Below the pieces are notes generated by a model, which was not told the origin of the DNA, searched no databases, and saw nothing but the letters and a program-made list of their open reading frames with translations. The position numbers and the translations under genes were made by a program. A stretch of 64,000 nt of DNA from assembly GCF_008831285.2 (NCBI RefSeq), contig NC_045138.2:42098001-42162000 (forward strand), read 5' to 3'. The DNA comes from Nymphaea colorata. Taxonomy: Eukaryota. Positions 36,073 to 49,010 of this stretch are shown one piece after another; positions within the stretch are counted from its first letter, which is position 1; each line of letters starts with the position of its first letter.

Positions 36073-38089
36073 GGGCCCTAACACTTGGAGTAAAATACGT
36101 AAACACTAAAATCACAAGAAATGCATGAATTGGTTATCTAAACTCATCATGTTCCATCACCTCTCTCTCTCACACACACACAAACCCGTGCTTGATAAAC
36201 ATAAGTCAACAAGCTTCAGGCAGATGGAATATCCCATCCAATTGCAGTGCTGCCGTCATTGTATGGTTGGGTAAGGTTCCATCTTACTCTTACGCACTTT
36301 TTTTATGGTGAGGAAGCTAGGCCTTCGATTGCGAGCCCTTTCATTCCTAATTAGCTTGCACTTATTTAGGTTGGATCCCATAATGCTTAGGCATGAATAG
36401 GTCCAATTTGTTTAAAAGTTGACGCCAATGAGCCCTCAACGTTCATGTCCAACTCATTCAAGCAAATTGTGGATGGAGCCAGGTCCCCTGACTGTTTCTC
36501 CTCTTAATTAATTTTTCATACACATTTTCTGATAGTTTAGAAGACATTTGTCAAAAATAAACTATCAACTCCATCCATTAATGGTTTAGTTCTGAACTGG
36601 TTCCCACAATTTTCAAACTTAAATATGAAAGGACGTTACTGTTAGATCTGATCCCAGAAAATCTGACTTACCATGAATGATTAATCCAAAAGTATTGATA
36701 TTACTGAATCCAAGAAAAGATAACCCAAATTAAATTGGACCCAGTAAAGCTCCCAAAAACTTACTTTTAACATGTAAAAATTATACCTGGAAAATTATTT
36801 GAATCTAATCGAGATTTAGACTAGATCTAGCTTATCAAAATTGAATCTAATTCCAAGTGTTACTGGGACAGGTCTTGCGAACAGTAACATATATTACAAA
36901 GAACTAAAACACTAAATACAGTATGTAGTGTAGAAACTATAGTTGATCAAAAAGAACATTCCTTTTCTTTTTATCAAATCATAGAAGGGCGATGTATATG
37001 GGTCCATCATATCAGATTGTCAACCCGAATGGTATCTTTAATTATATCGCAATAAACTGACCACAATCCTAATTGGACTTACAACTGGTGTTGATGAAAG
37101 ACCGAAGAATTAGAAAGCCCATTTAATTATAAGTACAAATTAAAAGAAAGAAGGCATGCATTTAATGTTCCAAACTGCTGCTGCCTAATTGAAAAATAAA
37201 TAAATAAATTCCGGAGCCATTTTCTGTGCAGTCTTCCTTTCCCAAATTTTACAAACTCATTTATAATTGTTTCTTAACTTCCAATTCATTTTAAAATCAT
37301 ATTGAACCAATTAGTGCTGTTTTGGCTTAAAACGTTGATGTATATTTTTTTTTTGCTTCTATCATAAAAAATTGGTTTTAAACATACAGTAGTCCAATTC
37401 TAAATTCAATGCAGCTACATAATGTGATTAATTAACCTAAAATAGGCCGTCTAGCCGGCTGTAGCCATCTGCCGTCTGCAGTCGGGGCCATCTTCTCCCG
37501 GACGCATTTTACTGTATTGGTGAATCTGAAATCTAAAGAACATACTATGCACAACGTATATCTATGTTTGCTCGGAAAAAGATGATCTAAGACTTGTTTT
37601 GTGATCTGTACATTTATAAGCTTGAATACACCAAAAAATGAGGATCAATTTGAAGATACAAGTTCAAGTCATCACCAATTAATTACTGGATGGAATTGAT
37701 ATAACACAATTTTTTGGACACTAGTCAAGTTTCGAAAATAGAAGACAAAATTATCAAAAGCTTAACTAACGAATTTAGACATTGAACAAACCATTTTTAA
37801 GATGAGAACCATGTGGCCGCAGCAGATAGCCCTGTTCCTCCAATGGAAGCCCGTCTTATACAAGCGTAGATTGCACAGAAAGTATAAGCGTTTGTTCAAG
37901 TTCAATGTAGATCCAATGAAAAATATGGTTGGTTACAGTATCAGTAAGTGCGGCTCAAAATCTTATCTTGACTTCTGTTGATTCAAAATAACATGAATTC
38001 AGATGCATAATTCAATACAACATGGTCTTGAATTTTCCCCACCTAAGGCGGGGCAGCCTGACTAGTACAAAACTTACTGCTGCACAGAA

Positions 38090-38244
38090 TTAGTCATCAT
38101 ATGAAGAGTGAGGAGCTAAGGTACAGCCTGGATCAAATGGATCTTCAGAACCACAACAATGCCAATACTGAAAAACTTGGCCTGATCCAGGTGTGTTCAT
38201 GGTTCCACCTGCGTAAACACTTTCAAACTTCCTCTTTGTCTCCC
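38090..38244 (-). CDS. Exon 2 (terminal) of a 140-aa Cys/His-rich, probably plastid-targeted protein
   Basis: Acceptor ttgttctctAG at 38246-38245; (G)ETKRKFESVYAGGTMNTPGSGQVFQYWHCCGSEDPFDPGCTLAPHSSYDD-TAA; phase matches exon 1. Confidence 0.9.
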
Positions 38245-38959
38245 CTAGAGAACAAGTAAAACAAATGTTAGATGGTAGACCCAAAGAAAAGGTCTAAACA
38301 AGTTATAGCTCAGACTCATCTTCATATGAGCATAAAAAGGATGGACCACTCCAGTGTTTCACATGCTTTTGTCAGTAAAAAGGAAAGAACGAGCAAGACA
38401 GATAATGCCAGTTCAGTGCAAGCTTTTTCCCATGATTATACTAGATATGCACTTTCCATGAACATAGTGTATTTGTATAACAATTTCCATCATTATCATG
38501 GATGACGGTTGGAATTAGAGAAATGGCCTATATGTTTTATGTGTCGCAAATTGGTAGTTGCAAGATGGAAAATTAGTTGGCACTTCCCAGCACCGTACAA
38601 GGGTGGATAAGAAAGTAAAATACATCGGTGTACCTAGAATGCTAATGTTGTTCCTCACCTTTGTGCATCCTAGGTGCAAGATCTTTTATCTAAATGCATT
38701 GATGTTTTGTTAATTTTTTCTTATTTTATTTAAGTTTCCTTGCATGGCTTTTGCTTTAGAACTTTTTGTGGATGGAGACTAATGGGACTCCCTCTCATAG
38801 GAGTTTATATTCCTTCCAAGATCATGAGAGAGGCTGTCCACTCCATGGTGTCCATGGAAAGATTCAAGCTTTTGGCCAAGATGATCTCAGACTCAGTCTT
38901 GATGACAATCTGTGCAAAGTTGATAAGGAAGCGCCTCAGTTGAAGATGAAGCTCATAGG

Positions 38960-39425
38960 GAAGGTAAATCATAAAGCACATCTTGCTAATCTTGGAGAGT
39001 TAATTTCGAGGAAATCCAGACATGGGCTACTGTTCTAAGGGAGATGAGTGTTAGCGGTGGCTTCCTATTCCACTCAAATTGATGGAGCATCTTCTTTGCC
39101 TCCCATCATTCCTTCCACTTCCACTGCCTTTAGAAGGGAAGGGGTTCCATCACATCCCTAAGGAATTTATAAATAATTTTATCTTGCTGAACAGGGATTG
39201 ATGGTTATCTGGGCACAGTTGATGATTGTGAAGCTTTTCAGTCTGAATATGAATCATCTCATACAGAAGCTAGAAATCATAGACAATAAGGAGCCCAGCA
39301 ATCATAGACCACATCTTGCTAGTCTTGGGGATGTAACTTTAAGCAAGTTCAGCCACAGAATACGGGAGATGAATGTTGCTAGTGATGGGTTCCTATTCCT
39401 AGCAACTTCCCTAAGGAATTTTACA
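38960..39425. repeat. Two diverged ~110-bp direct copies inside the intron
   Basis: cacatcttgctaRtcttgg...gggagatgaRtgtt...ttcctattcc at ~38977 and ~39310; both followed by ccctaaggaattt. Confidence 0.6.
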
Positions 39426-42400
39426 CAAAGAGGAAACACTTGTGTCTGCTATTTCATACGTAAATGGGATGGGTGGCCTATGCTAACGAGAAAACTGGCC
39501 TATGCTAACGAGAAAACTAACTTATCTTACATGCTACCGTGAATAAATTTTCCACCTTATCAGACAGTGAATTTCATATTGCATGTTAACAGACAGAAGA
39601 GTTTGATTTACTTTTCTCTCGATGACAATTGGTTTCAACATGCAGAACATTGTCCACAGAAATACAGGATGATTCTGGAAATGCATCTTCCCATGAAGTA
39701 GACCTACCTCATTAGAACTAATTCACTTTCCTTGTGAGCCCATGTCTCAGGCTTGCTGGTGGCTGCAGAGAACTCATGCATACTAGCCGATTTCTGAGCA
39801 GAAAAAGCATAAAAACTAGCATCTTGCTGTTATCCTTAATGATCATGGTCCTAGTTAAGCTCATCACGTTCACAGGATTTGAGTCCAGCTCCAGGCTTCA
39901 GCTGAGAATGCGCAAACTTCAACATGGTGAACAAAGGTTGTTTCAGAATTAGTTGTGTTGGCTAAGTTTTGTTTCAGAGACCATTCACCAAGATTCAGGC
40001 CCATTTATCATAATAAACCTGACATTCCTTACCAAACTTGGACAAGCCCATTTCTCAGTGATGCAAATGCAAATTCAGAGGTCAAGCAGGTGACATTGTT
40101 ATAGGTCATTCATAGCTGACAACCATCAGGAAGGCATTACTATGTTCAATTGAAGATGAGGATGTGCGTTGAGATTCAGTTGAAATGTAGAAAACATCGC
40201 CACTTGGGATTGTATGCTTTTAGTTACTAATCATGACAACAATTTGGGTAAGGAATGGGCTAACAATGTGGACGACATAATTGAAGAAGAAATGAAGGAT
40301 TTTTCCTTGTGCATTTACTTCATCAGGAAAAAGATGGTGCTGCATCAGGTGACATAAGTGAAGATTATGAGGCCAATTGCAAGAACAGCACTCCTTTGTT
40401 GAAAAAATATTGTTAACCACTTTATTGGAAAAACTATGAACATCAGGCCACGTTTGGAGCAGCAGGTGCTTGCATGCTGAAAGTACAAATCCCAATCCTA
40501 TTCAGAAATCATAGTTTCCAAAAAACCATGAGTTCAAGGGTATGTTTACAAGCATATCTTGTGGTCCCCTTGCCCAAGGCATAAATATATTCAGGTTCAC
40601 ATTGTTTCACAGAGCACTACATTGAAGAAAGTGTTGAATTCCCCAAGATCAACCTGAAAACCTGCTCTTATGGAGTCAGCAGTCACTACCCATATCAAGC
40701 ATATAAAGCACAACCCATGCTGCCAATGCATAGCTGTCAAAGGCCACGAAGAGCCAACAATTACAGACTAATTGAAAATCTGGTATCGGGATTTCTATAT
40801 TAATCTTATACCTATAATTATCAGCAAATCTTACACTTAGATCCAGAAGTACAATAAAATGTGAACCATATTTAGGCCCTTATATGATAAATGGAACAAA
40901 CCCAAACAGGGTTGTTTGGCCTTAGCTCATTTACCACAAATACAGCTCCAGCTCGAAGCCTCGTCTTCAAGACATGTAGAGTTCAAACTCCAATCAGGCA
41001 ATCAACCCACAAGCCAAACCCCGCAAGCTTGTGTAATAAAATTTACGTAGATCTTGGATATGTACAACATATGGTGTACCTTATACTATTCTGTATTTAA
41101 AACCATAAACTATCTATGTCAAATATGTACAAATACAAAACTGAAATTTCCTACAAGTAAGCAAAGTAAAAAAATCCTAAAAGACTTGGACTAGGGGTAG
41201 GGATAATACATATACACATACACATACACATACCAAGGCCACTACAATATAAGATCCAAGAAAGATGAGAAACCATAAAAACCATTTTAACCATCTGATC
41301 AGATGAAAATTAAATGCGGAGGATGTCAAAAATGCATGTTTGAAGTCAAACAACTAATTATCACCCACCTTTTTCAAAAAAGTAACTTTTACATAGCAAA
41401 GTCTGTTGTCTCACTCTCATCTACTTGATTGGATCACTTGGTTCTCATGAGCAGTGTCATAAAAGCATGCTTCAAACTGTAAAAAATGTGTGCCACTTTC
41501 AAGACAAAGAAAAACTGCTTCAAAGCAGTTGTCAAGAAACTCTTTAATTGTTTATGAGACTAAATTAATGAATTTATGACTCGCTTAACAACACCAAACT
41601 CAAGCTAAAGGCAAGTCCATAGTTTACATCAAATTGACTGGACTTCTCACAGTTGGAAATTGAATTTGGTGAGTCAAAGCACCACAAGCACCACGTGAAG
41701 GTCCGGTGCAGGAAGACATATGTTCTTTCATGAAAAGAAACACCAGATACTCGAAAGCACCACGCTTCAAGGCAACGAAGTGCTTTCACGCACACATTAA
41801 TCAAGATCTTTCATAGTCATAAAATAAAAAGAAAACGTCCTTCACATGTTTTCTCTCAGCCTAGCTTTTAGATTTTTATCTTAACCCTTCATCCCTCTTT
41901 CAAACCTTCGGTCGGCCTTAGGCCATTGTTATCTTCCTCCCTCTTTAAAAGTACTAAATCCATGTCCACCAAAGTCCAGTAAGAACATCAGGCCCTGACA
42001 AGGTGTTCACCAGTGAAACAGCTATCTCTCTCTCTCTCTACCGGGGGTTGATTGACCTCCTTCCTGTTAACAAAAAATGAATGTCACTGCTCACATGCCC
42101 AACCAGCTATTTATCTAAATTTGCAACTCACCTATTTTAATTCAAGAAATCCAATATATTCCTTGCTAAAAATCCCAAGTTTCTAAGGGCATATATTCCT
42201 TGCCATCATGTTTACTTCTTTGCAATAAGCTTGATGTGCTGGATAAAATTAACGTTCACTAGTAAAGACAGTAGTGCCCACATGCTTGGACTTTTCAACT
42301 TCGTCCAACATGGTAAGGTGTAGATCCTCGACTCCCTCGGTCGGCTATCAGCCTTCTCTCCATCTGACTCAAAGAACAAGCCTGGAACCAAACAGCTTGA

Positions 42401-42572
42401 CATGCTTAGGTACCAAGGCCTCATGGATAACACACAAATTGGCAGTTGGACACTGTAAAGTTTTACCACGGCCCATCTCTTCTATCCATTAAGGTAAAAA
42501 CTAAAAAACAGTAAGCTTAGTGATTTCCTCAAGACCCACAAAATAGACTATACATGCCTCCTAGTCCTAGTA

Positions 42573-42689
42573 TATATGTGTGAGTGTTTGTTGTGTGTGT
42601 ATGTATATAAATAAATAAATATATAGATATATATATTCTTTTCCTAAGAAGTTTCATCACCCCCATTGTGTGTGTGTTTGTTGTGAGTG

Positions 42690-42740
<51 letters not shown>

Positions 42741-42764
42741 TTTTCCTAAGAAGTTCATCACCCC
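42573..42764 (+). repeat. ~95-bp tandem duplication containing a TG/TA microsatellite (intronic)
   Basis: gtgtttgttgtg...tatatattcttttcctaagaagtt.catcacccc twice. Confidence 0.85.
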
Positions 42765-43540
42765 GAAAGCCACAAGCTGGTTGTCTACGCATAGGCACCA
42801 GGCAGTTACTTTCCCTTACGGGTCAGACTTATGCCTCCTATATTTTACAGACGTCCCTGCCAGGTCACTTGCAATAACCTCCTGCTTCATGCCCTGCATG
42901 GGAAGGTTGAGAAATGCGACGCAATTTTATAAGGAAGTGTATAGCGGTGCATTTTTTCAACTCAACAATTAACGCTTTCTTTCATCTTCTTGGCTTTTAA
43001 ATACCTAATATTTTTCATTCTCTTGTAGTGTGCATGCTCACATGGTGCCTTTAAAGCTAGTTTATCCACCAAAAAGGTTAATATAACAATAACAATCATG
43101 TTAATAATAATCGTTGCTCTTTTCACCTAAGTTCTCATCATACCCATATGCTTTTTGCTGCTTTCAAAAATGCACAATAGGTTGCTCAAAGCTGAAAACC
43201 CTATTTGTTGTTGATTTGATGTTTCAAATGTCCAGATCACTTAAAACAATGTTGAGCTACATGCCTCCCCTTACCATGCTCTAATCATATTTATAAATTT
43301 AAAAAAGAAGTTGAAAAAAAAAACACCGACGACTCGGATTTGGGCAGTGCAGATGCGATCAAACACAGGAGCAGATTTTACAACATTTGGGCAAAATGAT
43401 CGATCATAATCTTCCCCAAACTCAAAAAATAACTACGAAATTTAACTCCAATAGCAACAAAAAGAAAAAAAAAACGGGTGTAGCTAGCACAAATCAAAAG
43501 AACGAAGTACTCGGCCCATCGATTGCATATATGTTTGTAC

Positions 43541-43808
43541 CTCCGAAATGGGCGGTGTGAAAACGGCATGAGGACGGATGGTTAAGCGATGGATCGAACT
43601 GGGTTTTGCAATTCCGACAGGTTCTTAGCGACGTTTTCGACTTTGGCTGGTCCTTGTGGCTACTTGACGTCTGACAGCAAACCACCAATGTCGAGCCACC
43701 TTGAGACATTCTTGGGCAACTACTAGCCGTCGTGCTCCACCGTGGCTGTGGACGGAAGAAGAGTGAAGACGGTGGGCTTAGAGGGAGGGCACAGGCTCGC
43801 ACGTCCAT
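43541..43808 (-). CDS. Exon 1 of the 140-aa Cys/His-rich protein (transit-peptide-like N-terminus plus CxxC..CxxH)
   Basis: ATG at 43808: MDVRACALPLSPPSSLFFRPQPRWSTTASS...RTCRNCKTQFDPSLNHPSSCRFHTAHFG(G); GT donor at 43540-43539; 268+155 nt = 141 codons; GC-rich exon. Confidence 0.9.
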
Positions 43809-44164
43809 CCTCACCGATCGAATCCACACGTCTAAAAACTCCCACAGAGACCCTCTGGCTCCGCGTCACCCGAGTTCGCGCCAGTTCAAAAACGTTTATC
43901 GTGCGTCATGTCCACCCAAATGAAGAGTCTCAGACCACTGACGGACGGACGGATTCATGTAAACTGTTTCGAATCCAGATAACAAACCAGCATCGACAGA
44001 GATGTTTTCCAGGCAGAACCAGGTTAAACAACCGGATAACAATCCAGCATCCGGAAAGATGTTTTCGCCACGGTTTCGGATCTTGATATTAACGATGGAT
44101 CTATTACGAGATCTATAGTGATCTTGAGATCCGGAACTAAAAAAATATAAACAAAGAAATGCTT

Positions 44165-44185
44165 GGCAACGGCCCACGTTGGAAA
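44165..44185. promoter_or_regulatory. Possible TCP site II (GGCCCA) next to an ACGT core, ~360 bp upstream of the gene
   Basis: aacggcccacgttgg; short motif match only. Confidence 0.25.
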
Positions 44186-44461
44186 AAATCCTCGGCCCTT
44201 ACGGGTTAAAAGATTAGGCAAGGACCTCATGGAAGAAAAGGTCCACGCCAGAATGAAAGAAAAAAATGTAACCTAGAGCTTGGATGCCCTCCTCTTCAGC
44301 CAAAAAAGAGGGCATCGAAGCCCTTTTCTCACCAGCCAAAAGAACTTTAAAGACTCATTTTCTAGCTGTAAAGAGGACAACGAAAGGAGATGCGTCGGAA
44401 AGTGGCTGCTCTTTGGCAGCCTCCAATGCCTGAAAGATATGCCAACTACTGATTCAAAAAA

Positions 44462-44462
<1 letters not shown>

Positions 44463-44501
<39 letters not shown>

Positions 44502-44506
44502 TGAGA
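44463..44506. repeat. (GT)n(GA)n microsatellite
   Basis: Direct reading. Confidence 0.95.
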
Positions 44507-46248
44507 GGGTTAAAACATTGACAAAAAAAAGGGTGGGGGAAAAAAGAGAGAGAGAGGCAGGGTTAAAGAGAGATACCACCATGGTTACAAAGGGTTGAGC
44601 CAAGCAAGAGAGGGCGAGAGTGAAAAATCCAGAAGACACTTCAAGGCCATCCAACATTACTCGAATGTTGAGATCCAAGTACTTATAAACCCTCAAGTCA
44701 ACAAATGCAACATGATTTTCTAATTGGTTTGGATGACAAAACTAGGCTTTTTATATGTAATTTTTTTAGAGCAGTCCTGGTAATGGAAAATGTAGAGAAC
44801 TTGAGTTCCTAAGAGCTCATTCTTCTCCAACCATGTTGCTTGTACAATCCTAAACACAAACTGATGAGCTTAGGAGATTGTGGGATTCACAGATTTGTTT
44901 GTGTTTTTGCCCATAAAGAAAAATATATATTAAAGTTAAATATTGTGCATTTACCTAAATGTCCTAGTATATATTTTAAGATACTTTCAGCAAATACATT
45001 TCCTACCTGAACTATCTACTTGTTCCACCTTGGTAGAGAAATCCATCAACTCTAATAGAGAGTCAACCTACATTGGTGAAGAAGATTATAGAGTTTCATG
45101 ACGATACATTTTCTACCTCATAGAGTGAACAAACAACTTATTTCGCTTTGTGGAAGAATTGATCCATCATATTGAAGAATTAGCGTATGGTAGTGAAAAA
45201 GATAATGGAGTTTCAAGAAGATAAGGTTCACCAAATCTTTAAATAAGATGACAAAAAACTATAATGCATTAAAAAATGGTGTTGTGGTAAGTCATGTTGA
45301 ATAAATAAACAAAAAAATGAAGAATCATTATCAATGCATAAGCACCTATCCATGTTGTTCTGCTTTTGTTCAAACATTGTGCAATTTATAGTTCCATATT
45401 GTTATTATTGTTTCAAAAGATTATTACAATGGTATTTTCAAGGTAAATGCGAGAGAAGATATTAGGCCTATTGATTAATTCACTTGGTTAAGGAGACATG
45501 AAAAAGAAGAACGTTTAGCAATTAGGGTGCCAGCAATTGGTATGGTCCAGCCATATGATAGAACTTAAATCATTTTAGTATTATTTGCATTGTTATTTCA
45601 TATTGTTTGTGTTATTATTTTGTTATATTCTTGTTATCATACACATTAAGTTTTTGCATGTGCATATACATCACTTTGTTTATCATTGATAAGACACTAT
45701 TAGTTCACATTAAGTCATTTTTTAGCCTTTATTACATTGATAAATTATTGTCATCATTTATACACACACACACACACACCTTGGTAACTTGTTGTATCTT
45801 ATTATTCTTTGGTAAGTCATGGCAGTTCTACCTTTATATGGTTGGTTTTGTGTTAATAGTACTTGTTTAACTGCTAATAAATCTCTTGTAAGTCAATGTA
45901 AACAATTTTGATATCCCTTCAAAAAGTTTTAGTTTTTATATGCATTACTTATTGGATTACTTCATATGATTTGCACGTCCACAGTGGTATTTGTATTATC
46001 CAGTAACAATGAAAATACAACGACAATGAAGAGTTTCATTACAATCAAGACACTAAATAAATATTTGTCAAAAGCTCTAACAATGAAGAGAAAATGTTCA
46101 TACATGATGCAACCCTAAGTAGACCTGCACATAATATTTTGGTCATTAATGTGAACGAAACACTTGAAAGTAGTATTGTTCCCTAAAAAAAAAGTGTAGA
46201 AAATAGTATCATTTTCGTTTGTGAAAATGATCTAAATGTAGACACAAA

Positions 46249-47050
46249 ATGTTTGATCCATGTATTGGAATTCAATTTGATAATAAGTTCAATGCGTACA
46301 AGTTTGACAATGTTTGTACCAAACCAAATGGAGATTCAGCAAAACATAAGCTAAATTTAAGATACAGTTGTCAAGTGAAAATGGAGATAATAAAGCTTTT
46401 GAATGGGAAATACATTACAAATACACATTTTATGTGATCATAACCATGATTTGACACCTCTAACTATGCCTTGTTTGTTAAGGTTATATTGTAAAATGAT
46501 ATTTTTGTATGCTGCAATAGATAAATTAACATGTAATGTTACTGTTGCAATAATTAAGACTTACAATTGCTTATGAAAAACAATATGGTGTTCATAAGAA
46601 TGTTTTACTCATAGTGAAGGATTATAAAAACTACCTAAGAATAAATATGGTAGAGGCCATGAGAAATGGTGAAATATTTGCCTAGTCAATTACTTACAAA
46701 AAAAATTAAACAAGGACTTTGGCTTTAATAGTGTGATTGAATTATTTGAAAATCAATATGCTACAAATATGTTGCAGGTAGTCTCAATGTCAAAAAATAT
46801 GGATCATGAATGTTTCAACAATTTTCTTGTTTTTGAAATGACAATGAAAATTAATACTCATCATTGACCATTTCCTTAGTTTGTTAGCGTGAACCATAAT
46901 TCAAAATATTACATTTGCTTTGATAAATTTTTGTTTGATTGTACCGTGAAGACATTTGAGCTCATGTTTAAAATATTACAAAAGTAATGAATGAGAAACA
47001 TTCACAAATTGTACTAGTAGACAGTAGAGATGCAATTACACTTATAATAT
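46249..47050 (+). mobile_element. MULE/FAR1-type transposase remnant
   Basis: PCIGIQFDNKFNAYKF...CQVKMEI...NGKY..DHNHDL (FAR1 DNA-binding type) and VFEMTMKINTHH*PFP*FVSVNHN...FLFDCTVKTFELMF (MULE domain type). Confidence 0.65.
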
Positions 47051-48049
47051 CTCAATGTTGTTAACTGCAATGAGGTGAAGCAAAGTCCTCAACATATGAA
47101 GTGAAAGCAATGTAAGGTAAAGCAAAACATATGCATCGCGACCAAAATTGTGAAATATATAATATTCATAAAAATAATGTCAAAAATGAAAAACAACAAT
47201 TTAAAATAACAATTATGTAAGTAAACAACAATAAAAAAATCATGTTTAATTTGTATTACAATTAATGAGCTTTCAATCTTCATACACATACCATATATGG
47301 ATATTCATTTCATAATCAAGTAATATCCATAATCCAAAGTGAAGTTAAATTCACAATCATGAAATGATATTGAAAACAACTCAATCATATGTGAGGTAAT
47401 CCCCAAGTTAACATGTTTTAACAATACTTTTTATACAAAAAAGTTATGGAATAATCCCAAATCAATATGTTCTAAACAATACTTCTATGTAAAATCCGAT
47501 AGTATACAATTTAACATTCACAAAATGCACCAAATTCTATTGAAGGATGAGTAGTTTAATACTCATAAAGGAACAACTAAAACTAGAAAACCATGATTGA
47601 GACAACTATATCAATTAAAAGAACTAAATAGACAAACATTCAAGTTTTCAAGAACAATATAGAAACAAGAGTTCAAATACAATTATCTCCTTAATATGAA
47701 TGTCAATAACTTCAACAAAGTTTAAATGTTTCCATTGTTGTCTTTTTCATTGGAAGTAGACAAAAGGACTTCATTTGCATCATTCATATATGGAATAGAT
47801 CTATTTTCCTCTTATATCTCCTCATTATCTATACTCTCACTTCATCTCCTATTATTTTTTTAGCTTCATTCAAAAACATTAATAAAATGAATGTATTTAG
47901 TAAATAATCAAGACAATTGCACATATTTTTATTTCAAATCATTTTGCACCTTTACAAAAGATTAATCATATTTATGTGTTTATTGCGGACCTAATTCAAT
48001 TTTCAAGAGTATTTTATAGCATCCAAATAAAAACTTAGGTCCATCCAAG

Positions 48050-49010
48050 AATTTGTAGTTCTAATACTGAAGGTGATAATTTTCAACAATATATTCGTCA
48101 ACCACATCAATGTTGTTAGCAGATAATGGATGTTTAATAGTTTTTTATCACAAGTTTTTCACTCAAATTCATGTTGTACATGACAAACACCAAGTAGTTG
48201 AGTTTCTCTTGCTCAAGACGGTTTCTACTTTTTATATGTACCTATTATATAATTTTATAAATTGTAAAATACTAAACAATAGACAATAAATGCAATCAAT
48301 CATGTCAAAATATTATTATTTACAGAATAAAATTTGCTCTAAATATGTTGACATCGAATGCAATGTAAGTAAAGTTGAAAATTTGCATTGCAATGTTCCT
48401 CAATTCTTTCACTTTTTATATCAAATACATTATACCAATCATCTGGCAAAAAAATAATAAGAAATATATTATATGATGACTTCATCTTATTTAGTCATAA
48501 AAAGGATCATAAAAATAAAGAGAAAATTTGAAACATATCAAAAGATAGTCTCTTTCTTGTTCTAATTGCATCATATCTTCCAAATAACTTTTTCTTTTTA
48601 TATTTATTCATTTGAATCACAATTTTGCATTGTTCTTCTACTATTATGTCCAGTCATTATAGAAATCCAACCATCACCATATTATTTTTGTTTGCATCTT
48701 GATCATAGAAAAATGAGAGTCCAAATTATGCTTTTCAATATGTAAATAATCATGCAATTGATAGTCTCATTATTGATCAACTATTTTCTAAATTTATGTA
48801 TATTTTTTCATCATTGTCTAAATTCCTTCTTTTACTAATTTCATCTGACTATACAAAAGACCTAGATAGTAAATGTCTCACCTGAATCAAATACTCCTAA
48901 GGCTTTCACTAAGGGTAACATGGCTCTAATGATACATGAAATTGCTTTTCAAAAACTTTTGTCTTCAATAACAATGTATGCTACTGACTTACATTGTGCA
49001 TTTCTAACAT
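48050..49010 (-). mobile_element. hAT transposase C-terminal remnant
   Basis: Minus: VIEDKSF*KAISCIIRAMLPLVKAL, IDQ**DYQLHDYLH, PDDWYNVF..ELRNIAMQI, RNRLEQEKLNYLVFVMYNMNL (hAT dimerisation-region motifs). Confidence 0.7.

Larger units (their letters stand above)
34559..36078. mobile_element. Non-autonomous PIF/Harbinger-type TIR element carrying captured host gene fragments (Pack-type)
   Basis: Perfect 15-bp TIRs gggcccgtttgattg (34559-34573) and caatcaaacgggccc (36064-36078); TAA follows the right end; palindromic ggtgaaatttcacc subterminal motifs at both ends. Confidence 0.85.

Noticed and set aside
42529..42972. ORFs with IYIYIY runs
   Set aside because: Translation of a (TA)n microsatellite
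43809..43829. N-terminal extension MWIRSVR of the gene
   Set aside because: The track start is a GTG; the first ATG is at 43808
44861..44900. CTGATGAG hammerhead ribozyme (retrozyme) core
   Set aside because: No stem II followed by GAAA and no matching cleavage-site helix; same for ctgatgac at 17931
46249..47050. Domesticated FAR1/FRS host gene
   Set aside because: Many stops, frameshifts and deletions; best treated as a dead MULE
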